Source of the DNA: an uncultured Planctomycetia bacterium | GTDB lineage: Bacteria; Omnitrophota; Gorgyraeia; 2-02-FULL-51-18 | Assembly: GCA_964543965.1 (NCBI GenBank) | Contig: CAZJAX010000001.1 | Coordinates: forward strand, 1 to 44,007 | Length of the DNA: 44,007 nt | Reading direction: 5' to 3' | In this document: one piece after another, positions 33,146 through 40,192 of the stretch | Layout: each line of letters starts with the position of its first letter | Numbering within the stretch: the stretch's first letter is position 1 | Notes under the pieces: model-generated | What the model was told of the DNA's origin: nothing | The model's database searches: none | Seen by the model: only the letters and a program-made list of their open reading frames with translations | Program-made: the position numbers and the translations under genes

Positions 33146-33781
33146 ATGAGCTCATACCCAGAGATCCTTTTCGGATTCAACCGCAGAATATCGTCCCGAT
33201 GGGTGCCCTATCTTCTCAAGACACCCATCACGCCCAATCAGATCACGACGCTTTCGCTGGCGTGCGGCATGATCGCGGCTTTCTTCCTGTCTCACGGCCT
33301 GCGCCCATGGCTTCTGGCGGGAGCGGCTTTCTGGCAGCTGGCTTTCATCCTCGACAACTGCGACGGCGCCGTCGCGCGTCAGAAAGGTCTCTCGAGCGTC
33401 TCGGGGATGTGGTACGACTTCGTCGCTGACCTTCTTGTGGATTTTTCCATCTGGACCGGGCTCGGCTGGGCGGTCTATCATCACGGCGGCGCGTCCTACG
33501 CGCTGTGGACGGCTCTGGCAGCCGCGGCGGGATCGCTTATCAATTTCGTCCTCGTGGCGGTGCGCCGCACAGGAGGTAAGACGGGTAAAGAAGCGCCTCC
33601 CGATCCAAAGAATATTTTTCATACGACTCTGCATGTCTTAAGCAACGACGGCGACCCGACGCTTCTCATCTGGATCTTCGCGCTGATAGGACGCCCGGAA
33701 TATTTTTTGGTGCTCGGGTGTTTTTACATCAATTTTATCTGGATCGCGGGAGTGTTTACGGCGAGTAAAAATAAACTTTAG
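33146..33781 (+). CDS. CDP-alcohol phosphatidyltransferase family membrane protein
   Basis: LDNCDGAVARQKGLSSVSGMWYDFVADLLVD matches D-G-x2-A-R-x8-G-x3-D-x3-D. Polytopic membrane protein. TGCTAAATT (extended -10) lies 9 nt before the ATG. Confidence 0.85.
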   Translation: MSSYPEILFGFNRRISSRWVPYLLKTPITPNQITTLSLACGMIAAFFLSHGLRPWLLAGAAFWQLAFILDNCDGAVARQKGLSSVSGMWYDFVADLLVDFSIWTGLGWAVYHHGGASYALWTALAAAAGSLINFVLVAVRRTGGKTGKEAPPDPKNIFHTTLHVLSNDGDPTLLIWIFALIGRPEYFLVLGCFYINFIWIAGVFTASKNKL

Positions 33782-35769
33782 ATATTCCAGATCCTCTTGG
33801 AATATTCGGCGACCATGCGGTCCGTGTTGAAGAACCCAGCGCCGGCGACCGCGTAGATCATCTTGGAGATCCAGTCCGAGCTGTGATTGTCGGCGCCCTT
33901 CCGGTTGGTCTCATAATAAAGCGTCATGACCTTCCCGAGCATCTCATAGAGCGCGGCCGAATCTTCCTTGATCCTCAGATTTTTCTCGTCCCCGACCTCG
34001 CTGCCGTGGTGCTCCCAGCCGAATATCCAGCCTAGATTCTTATCCGCGGCTTCCACGACCCAGCCGTCCAGCGTCGAGAGCTGCAGCACGCCGTTCAAGA
34101 TCGCCTTCATGCCGCTGGTGCCTGACGCTTCGAAGGGCGGCAGGGGATTGTTGAGCCACACGTCGACTCCGGAAGCGAGCATCTTACCGATATAGGTATC
34201 GTAGTTTTCGAGCATCGCGACGCGCACGAGACCCGTGCTCTTCTCGAGCGAATCGATGGTGGAGAGCATCTCGTTCACGAAGGTGAAGCCGAGGTCGTCC
34301 TTCGGATGCGCTTTGCCGGCGAACAGGATCTGGATGGGTCCGTACTTTTCGGCTGTTTCCAACAGACGCTTGACGTCCTGCAGGATCAGGCTGGGCCGTT
34401 TGTACGACGCGATGCGCCGTGCCCAGCAGATCGTGAACACGTCGGGATCCATTTTCCAGTGACGCAGGGCGGTACAGAGTGCTTTCTTGTTGGTTTGGTG
34501 GGCTTCCCAGAGGCCGCGGCGGAAGTTGGTGTCGTCCTTGAGCGTGACGGCCTCGGCCAGCGACGGCGGATCAGCCTGCCAGTTTTTCAGCGCGGGTTGT
34601 TTGGAGAACAGCTCCGCGACAGGTTTTGAGATCCAGGTATGCGTATGGACGCCGTTGGTGACAGCGTCGATCTTGTCTTTGAACTGCGGGAACTGCAGAC
34701 GCGTGACCTCGCCGTGTTTGGCGGCGACGGCATTGACGTGGCTGCAAACGTTCATGGAAAACTCGGTGAAATTGATCAGGTCGTGGTGGTGCGGATCCTG
34801 GCCGTATTCTCGGAGGAGGCTTGAGTCTTCGTCGCGCAGGATGCCTTCGAGCATTTTTTTCGGGAAACGGTCATGGCCCGCCGCGACCGGCGTGTGGCAG
34901 GTGTAAGCGAAATGTTTTTTCAGATCCTCGAGCTGAGCGTCGTTCAGCTTGCGCGCCTTCTGGATGAAGGCCAGCGCCGCGTGTCCTTCGTTCAGATGAT
35001 ATGTATCGATCGAGTAACCGAGCAGGTCGAGCGCCGCGGCGCCTCCTAGACCGAGGATGATGCGCTGCATGGCTTTCCATTCGGCATTGTCGCTGCGGTA
35101 AAGCTGACCCGTCAGCTGGCGAAGAGGCTCGGAGTTTTCGGAGACGTTGGAGTCGAGGAGGATGAGCGGTACGACGTGGTTCTTGTCGTGGCTGTAGACG
35201 AAGTATTTCCAGAGACGCAGTTCGATGCTCTCGTTCTTGAGGCGCACTTGCACGCGCTGCTGGAGCGGCACGAGCCCGGGATAGCTCCAAGGATCCCAGT
35301 CGGTCTCCTCGGGAACCTGACCGTCCTTGAACCAGAAATTCTGCTTAAAATAGCCCTTGTTCCAGAGGATCCCCACCGCGACGAGAGGCAGTCCCCGGTC
35401 GGCCGCACTTTTCAGAGTATCGCCGGCCAGCACGCCCAGACCTCCTGAGTAGATCGGAAGATCCAGCGGATGGTCGACCTGCACGGAAAGATAATAGTCC
35501 ATCGCGCGCATGTTGGAAAAAATGTGGTGGTTGGACGAGAGGTTCTTTTCGGAAAGGGGGGAGCTGCCTTCAAACACATTGTAGCTGTTGGTCGAAAGTC
35601 CGTATTCCATCGAAAAGTAGCCGATAGAGCGCGACTGGGGGCTCCGAAGGATCTGCTCGGCTTTCAGCAGAGGCTCCATGGGAAAACCGAAGTATTTTTT
35701 ATCCGTGATATCGGCAGAATAGCGGGTCTTGAACTCTTCGACCGGAACCAGAGAAATAAACTTTTCCAT
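33778..35769 (-). CDS. glgP: Alpha-glucan (glycogen/maltodextrin) phosphorylase, GT35 short bacterial type
   Basis: 663 aa. IGYFSMEYGL, YSGGLGVLAGD, HLNEGHAA and EASGTSGMKAILNG (PLP lysine region) are present. Confidence 0.88.
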   Translation of the reverse strand: MEKFISLVPVEEFKTRYSADITDKKYFGFPMEPLLKAEQILRSPQSRSIGYFSMEYGLSTNSYNVFEGSSPLSEKNLSSNHHIFSNMRAMDYYLSVQVDHPLDLPIYSGGLGVLAGDTLKSAADRGLPLVAVGILWNKGYFKQNFWFKDGQVPEETDWDPWSYPGLVPLQQRVQVRLKNESIELRLWKYFVYSHDKNHVVPLILLDSNVSENSEPLRQLTGQLYRSDNAEWKAMQRIILGLGGAAALDLLGYSIDTYHLNEGHAALAFIQKARKLNDAQLEDLKKHFAYTCHTPVAAGHDRFPKKMLEGILRDEDSSLLREYGQDPHHHDLINFTEFSMNVCSHVNAVAAKHGEVTRLQFPQFKDKIDAVTNGVHTHTWISKPVAELFSKQPALKNWQADPPSLAEAVTLKDDTNFRRGLWEAHQTNKKALCTALRHWKMDPDVFTICWARRIASYKRPSLILQDVKRLLETAEKYGPIQILFAGKAHPKDDLGFTFVNEMLSTIDSLEKSTGLVRVAMLENYDTYIGKMLASGVDVWLNNPLPPFEASGTSGMKAILNGVLQLSTLDGWVVEAADKNLGWIFGWEHHGSEVGDEKNLRIKEDSAALYEMLGKVMTLYYETNRKGADNHSSDWISKMIYAVAGAGFFNTDRMVAEYSKRIWNI

Positions 35770-35775
35770 CGGGGA

Positions 35776-35784
35776 ATTATAGCA
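35776..35784 (-). promoter_or_regulatory. Extended -10 (TGCTATAAT), 6 nt upstream of glgP ATG 35769 (leaderless-type)
   Basis: The reverse complement of 35776-35784 reads TGCTATAAT. No Shine-Dalgarno sequence. Confidence 0.45.
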
Positions 35785-35816
35785 GAGGCTATACCTTTAT
35801 GGTAGAGTAAATCCCC

Positions 35817-36287
35817 ATGCTTTCGGACAAAAAAGAGCTCGACCAATTTTACATGCGCATGGCGATCAAAGAGGCCGAAAAAGCCTTTGATAAGGGCGAG
35901 GTGCCTATCGGGGCGGTCGTCGTGCATCAAAACAAGGTCATCGGCCGCTCGCACAACCAGACCCGGCTTCTCAAGGACGCCACTGCCCATGCTGAAATGC
36001 TGGCGTTGACGCAGGCTTGCGAGACCCTGCAGGCCGAGCGTTTACCCGAAACGACGCTTTATGTTACACTTGAGCCCTGTCCGATGTGCGTCGGGGCGAT
36101 GATCCTCGCCCGGATCAAGCGGCTGGTATATGGCGCCAGAGAAAAGAAGACCGGCGCCTGCGGTTCGATCGTGAACCTTCTCGCCGACGGAAAATGGAAC
36201 CATACTTTCCGCATAGAAGAGGGGCTGCTCGAATTCGAATCTGCCGCCCTCCTGCAGGAGTTCTTCAAGACCAAAAGACAGTCATAA
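35817..36287 (+). CDS. tadA: tRNA adenosine(34) deaminase
   Basis: HAEMLAL and PCPMCVGA zinc-binding motifs of CDA-fold TadA. 156 aa. Confidence 0.92.
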   Translation: MLSDKKELDQFYMRMAIKEAEKAFDKGEVPIGAVVVHQNKVIGRSHNQTRLLKDATAHAEMLALTQACETLQAERLPETTLYVTLEPCPMCVGAMILARIKRLVYGAREKKTGACGSIVNLLADGKWNHTFRIEEGLLEFESAALLQEFFKTKRQS

Positions 36288-36296
36288 TTTTTTTTC

Positions 36297-36384
36297 GGAG
36301 AGGTGCGTGAGCGGCTGAAACGACACGCCTGGAAAGCGTGTAACCCGCAAGGGTTCGGGGGTTCGAATCCCCCCCTCTCCTCCA
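36297..36384 (+). tRNA. tRNA-Ser (anticodon GGA)
   Basis: Acceptor GGAGAGG/CCTCTCC, anticodon arm CACGC-CTGGAAA-GCGTG, long variable arm ACCC-GCAA-GGGT, T arm GGGGG-TTCGAAT-CCCCC, and an encoded CCA. Confidence 0.9.
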
Positions 36385-36409
36385 GCTTTGTTATTACGAT
36401 AGGATCGGC

Positions 36410-37201
36410 ATGCAGATCAAAGCGCTCATCCCAAAAAGACTCAAAAATTTTCTTAAGCGGATCTATTATTTCGGATCCAGATATACCTGCCCCTTTTGCC
36501 GTTCTCGGCTGAGGACTTTCTTGCCGTTCGGTTTTCCGTTTCCCGTCTTGAAGGAGAAAAAGGTCGCGGGAGCCGGTTTACGTCCGCAGGCTCGATGCCC
36601 GATCTGCTTTTCTCTCGACCGGGAGCGGCTTGTCTATCTCTATCTTCAGAATAGAACGGATTTTTTTAAAAAACACCTTAAAGTCCTTCACGTCGCTCCC
36701 GAGTCCAGGCTTGCGGAGATCTTTCTGCGCAGACAAGACCTCGACTATTTGAGAGCCGATCTCCATCCTCAGCAAGGCATGGTCGAGATGGATTTGACGG
36801 ATATCCGCTATCCTGATAACGCGTTTGACGTCGTCGTGTGCTGTCATGTGCTGGAACATATCATCGATGACGGAAAGGCTATGCGCGAGCTTTTCCGTGT
36901 CCTGAAGCCGGAAGGGTGGGCCGTGCTTCAGGTGCCTATCTCGCTATCCCTGAAAAATACTTTTGAAGATCCTTCGATCACGACCGAGGCCGGCAGGGAA
37001 GAGGCGTTCGGGCAGGCGGACCATGTGAGAATATACGCCTGTGAAGATTATAGGAACAGGCTGGAGAAGGCCGGGTTTGAAGTGGATCTTTTCCGGTGGG
37101 AAGAGGGTGCGTCTCATTTCGGCTATCCCGGAAACAAGTACGGCCTCAACTTAAACGAAACCGTCTTCAGAGCGCGCAAGCCGGCGCGGCGCGTCAGTTA
37201 A
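36410..37201 (+). CDS. Class I SAM-dependent methyltransferase with an N-terminal CxxC...CxxC zinc-ribbon
   Basis: YTCPFCRS ... ARCPICFS form the zinc-ribbon. VLHVAPES (motif I-like), FDVVVCCHVLEHI and LKPEGWAVL are also present. Confidence 0.75.
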   Translation: MQIKALIPKRLKNFLKRIYYFGSRYTCPFCRSRLRTFLPFGFPFPVLKEKKVAGAGLRPQARCPICFSLDRERLVYLYLQNRTDFFKKHLKVLHVAPESRLAEIFLRRQDLDYLRADLHPQQGMVEMDLTDIRYPDNAFDVVVCCHVLEHIIDDGKAMRELFRVLKPEGWAVLQVPISLSLKNTFEDPSITTEAGREEAFGQADHVRIYACEDYRNRLEKAGFEVDLFRWEEGASHFGYPGNKYGLNLNETVFRARKPARRVS

Positions 37202-37754
37202 AAATATATTCCCCCGACCGCACCTTCTGTACGATCGATCCCGAAGGCGACTGATTCTCTGACTGCGCCGGAACTTTATCCGGTGAAAGTGCCTGTCCCA
37301 GGCTCCTGACGCGGCGTGAGACGGCCGCGGCTTTTTTGTCCCGCTGCGCGATAAGTTTTTCGGCGAGCTCTCTTTTTTCATTCTGTTCTTTTATCTGCTG
37401 CTCGATCTCTTCGTCTGTGGGAAGGGGATTGGCTGGTCCCGCGGCGGCTTCTTCGGAAACGTCCCGGGACGTCTGGGCAGCGGCCTCCTCAGGGACGTCC
37501 GCTTTATTCTCTGGAGCGTTCTCTTCGGTGATGACGCGGGTTCCGGGGGTCATTTTGACTTCGTCGAGCGAAAGCTTGAGCGGGTCGTCCGCAAATCCGC
37601 GGGAAAATACTCGCCGCACCTCCGTATCCGCTTCGGCAGGAACTTTTTGCGCTGGAGAGCGCTCGAACATCAGCGTTACCAGAGAGAATATCACGACCGC
37701 ACACACCGCCAGCGCCGCCAGGCTCAGTCCGATGAATTTATTGTGAAGGCTCAT
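37194..37754 (-). CDS. Hypothetical membrane-anchored acidic protein (last gene of the pilin-like operon)
   Basis: N-terminal TM (GLSLAALAVCAVVIFSLVTLMF). An acidic, low-complexity middle region includes DVPEEAAA/DVSEEAAA. No family recognised. Confidence 0.5.
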   Translation of the reverse strand: MSLHNKFIGLSLAALAVCAVVIFSLVTLMFERSPAQKVPAEADTEVRRVFSRGFADDPLKLSLDEVKMTPGTRVITEENAPENKADVPEEAAAQTSRDVSEEAAAGPANPLPTDEEIEQQIKEQNEKRELAEKLIAQRDKKAAAVSRRVRSLGQALSPDKVPAQSENQSPSGSIVQKVRSGEYIFN

Positions 37755-37770
37755 AACGTCTCCATACTTT

Positions 37771-39048
37771 CTATGATTCTTTAAAACTCAGCTTTGCATA
37801 GGCGATCCTGCCCGTGCTGTCTTTGACCGGCGGATACCACAGAGGCGCCTGATCTTTCAGCCTCTCATCGTAGTATTGCAGCTGGTTGTAGCCGTGTATC
37901 ACTTGGCCCGTTGACGTGTCAAAAATACCGGTGAGTCCGCCCGGCAGCTTGGTCGTGAGGCCGCCGTACTGCACTAAATCACCTTTTAAAAATGTCCAAA
38001 AATTCTGCACCTGAAACTGCCCGGTCAGCGCTGTGATCGAGCCATCGACTTCGATGTCCTGCGGGCCTTGGTCCGTGACGTACACGTTGTTGTAGGCCAC
38101 GAGTCCCAACATATCGGTGCTCGAGGGATTGGTCCTCGGGTCGGTGTTGTAGATCAGGTTTCCGCCGATATAGATATTGGCGTCCGAGGCGATGGTGAGC
38201 TGGCCGTTCAGGACGCCCTGCACTGTCGCGTTGCCGCTTTGCACGAAGAGAGCGCCGTTGGCGGGGATGGGCATATTTTGGTTGGTCCAGCCGCGCGCTG
38301 CGTTGGTCACGTTCATCGTGCCGTCCGAGACAAGCGTGATCGTGCTGTCGCCCGTGAGCTGCATTCCTTGAGCGGCTTGAGCGCCGGCCTGGATCGACGT
38401 CATGAAATCGGAGGCGACCGGCAGCGCTAGCGACGGCGCGCCTGTCGTTAGCCCCTGCTGATAATCGGGGTTGTCCGTCGACGGCGACCAATAATTTACA
38501 GAGGAGTGCACCTGGCTTACTGCGCCTTCAAAAACCGGCGCGCCCCACATGTTGAATCGTCCGTTGGTGTGCGTGGGCCCCGTGGAGATCATGCCGGTAA
38601 TCCACCAGTTGCCTCCCCAGACAGGGTCGATCTCCGTATTGCTCAGATAACCCCAGTGCGAGAACGAGATCATTTTGACCCGGAGCGTCAACGTTCTCGG
38701 AACGCCGTTGTAAGTGCCCAATGACACGATCGTGTATGTCGGCCATGCGGCGCCGTCGCTGGTCGCCGTCGCGCTGTAGCTCCCGGAGGTGCTGCCGACC
38801 GAATAAGAGCTGCTTGAAACGGTCAAGGATGCCGGCGCTGAGGCCTGTGCCCGCAGCTGCATGAATGCGTGCGCCAGTCCTGCGTCCGCGATATAGTACG
38901 CGCGGATCGAATCGGCGGTCCGAGCGGCGGTCTTCAGGTCGTTGGTCGTGACGAGAAAGGAGGTTTCAGCGATCAGCGAGATCAGACCCACCACGATCAG
39001 CGTATAAAAAAGTATGAACCCTTTTTCATTGCGGCGATGGTTTCTCAT
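37771..39048 (-). CDS. PilX/GspK-like minor (pseudo)pilin with a large C-terminal beta-rich domain
   Basis: NEKGFILFYTLIVVGLISLIAETSFLVTTNDLKTAAR...AYYIADAGL resembles the PilX N-terminal domain. Its start overlaps the upstream pilin-like gene by 4 nt. Confidence 0.65.
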   Translation of the reverse strand: MRNHRRNEKGFILFYTLIVVGLISLIAETSFLVTTNDLKTAARTADSIRAYYIADAGLAHAFMQLRAQASAPASLTVSSSSYSVGSTSGSYSATATSDGAAWPTYTIVSLGTYNGVPRTLTLRVKMISFSHWGYLSNTEIDPVWGGNWWITGMISTGPTHTNGRFNMWGAPVFEGAVSQVHSSVNYWSPSTDNPDYQQGLTTGAPSLALPVASDFMTSIQAGAQAAQGMQLTGDSTITLVSDGTMNVTNAARGWTNQNMPIPANGALFVQSGNATVQGVLNGQLTIASDANIYIGGNLIYNTDPRTNPSSTDMLGLVAYNNVYVTDQGPQDIEVDGSITALTGQFQVQNFWTFLKGDLVQYGGLTTKLPGGLTGIFDTSTGQVIHGYNQLQYYDERLKDQAPLWYPPVKDSTGRIAYAKLSFKES

Positions 39049-39593
39049 GAGGAATGGTTCCTTATGTTCGTCATCGTTGTCACGGAGCCTGTGACGGTGA
39101 CTCCGCGTACCGCCTGCGAAAGACCGACATCGATCCCGATCCCGATATTTTCAAAACTGGACCCTGCCGGCATCCAGAATCTCAGCGTAATCGTCCGTCC
39201 CGCCGGAGCCGTATAGATGACTTCGTCCTGCTCGCCTGCGCTTGTCGGATGGTGGTAAATGACCTGAGTGCCGTCGCTGCTCAAGCGGTACCACCGCTCG
39301 ATGCCGTCCGTGCAGGTGAAATGAAGTTCGCTGATGCTGGTGAGCGTGTATGTCTCGGCTTCCGCCAGCCGGAAAGTGCCCGTCGGCTCGGTTTTACCTT
39401 TAAGGATCTTCGTCAGCAGCAGATTGGCGTCACGCTGCAGCGTCTGGCCCATCACGTTGGTCGCGTAGAAATGTTTCGAAGTCACGAGGGTACCCAGCAC
39501 GGAGCCAACCAGAAGCACGGAGATAGACAGCGCCGCCAGGAGCTCGACGATGGTCATGCCTCTTGCGTTGAGTTTAGTTGAGCTGGGGTTCAT
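39045..39593 (-). CDS. Prepilin-type N-terminal cleavage/methylation domain protein (PilW/GspJ-like minor pilin)
   Basis: ARG|MTIVELLAALSISVLLVGSVL is a class III signal (G/xTxxE followed by a hydrophobic helix). Confidence 0.75.
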   Translation of the reverse strand: MNPSSTKLNARGMTIVELLAALSISVLLVGSVLGTLVTSKHFYATNVMGQTLQRDANLLLTKILKGKTEPTGTFRLAEAETYTLTSISELHFTCTDGIERWYRLSSDGTQVIYHHPTSAGEQDEVIYTAPAGRTITLRFWMPAGSSFENIGIGIDVGLSQAVRGVTVTGSVTTMTNIRNHSS

Positions 39594-40002
39594 TGGCGAT
39601 GTCCGTGGCGCAAAATTCGCTTTTGGTGACGACTCCGATGGGTGATTTTTCCTGCCAACTGACTTGGACGAGGACTTTTTTGCGGTAAGTGTCGATGTTG
39701 GTGACGGTGACGGCAGCGGTGCCCATCAGATCGTCGGCCGAGGTGTTGAACGTGCCCCGGGTGTCGATGGAGACGGCGCCGTAGTTTTGGTTGGCGAGGG
39801 TAGAAAATGTCTGGCGGCGCTTTTCTTCGAGAATCCTTTGGGCGACAAACACAGCCTGGACTTTGTGTTTGGAGTAAGAGGCGATGTATTTATAGGAGAT
39901 TATAGAACCGGCTACAGCTACCCATACGAGGGCCAGGATCAAGATCGACGTCAGCGCCTCCACCAAAGTGAAACCGTTGGAGCTCACTCTACGTATATAC
40001 AT
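39574..40002 (-). CDS. Prepilin-type N-terminal cleavage/methylation domain protein (PilV/GspI-like minor pilin)
   Basis: SNG|FTLVEALTSILILALVWVAVAG is a canonical GFTLxE prepilin motif. Confidence 0.8.
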   Translation of the reverse strand: MYIRRVSSNGFTLVEALTSILILALVWVAVAGSIISYKYIASYSKHKVQAVFVAQRILEEKRRQTFSTLANQNYGAVSIDTRGTFNTSADDLMGTAAVTVTNIDTYRKKVLVQVSWQEKSPIGVVTKSEFCATDIANEPQLN

Positions 40003-40152
40003 TTTATTATCTTTAATTATAATTTATAATAAATTACAAATTCTTTCAATAGAAGGGCGTTTTCCCCGAGGGGGAATAGCTTAGAATTAATCAATTTATT
40101 CGATTAACAATAAAGTAGTAATCCCCGGCTCCATTTTAGCCATTCCTATCTC

Positions 40153-40182
40153 TTGGCGTGCCGGACACAAATGAGCTATAAT
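40153..40182 (+). promoter_or_regulatory. Sigma-70-like promoter TTGGCG-18-TATAAT, 10 nt upstream of the dnaX ATG
   Basis: A perfect TATAAT lies at 40177-40182. There is no Shine-Dalgarno sequence in the 10 nt before ATG 40193. Confidence 0.4.
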
Positions 40183-40192
40183 CTTACATCTC

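Noticed and set aside
36303-36512. The 69-aa ORF overlapping tRNA-Ser and the methyltransferase start.
   Set aside because: It reads through a well-formed tRNA-Ser gene and out of frame with the methyltransferase.
40003-40192. SRP RNA (ffs) or another ncRNA upstream of dnaX, as in the Bacillus-type ffs-dnaX-ybaB-recR arrangement.
   Set aside because: No conserved SRP domain IV sequence (GGUCCGGAAGGAAGCAGCC-like) is present, and only a small hairpin (TTCCCC-GAG-GGGGAA) is seen. The region looks like an AT-rich divergent promoter region. ybaB is also absent between dnaX and recR.
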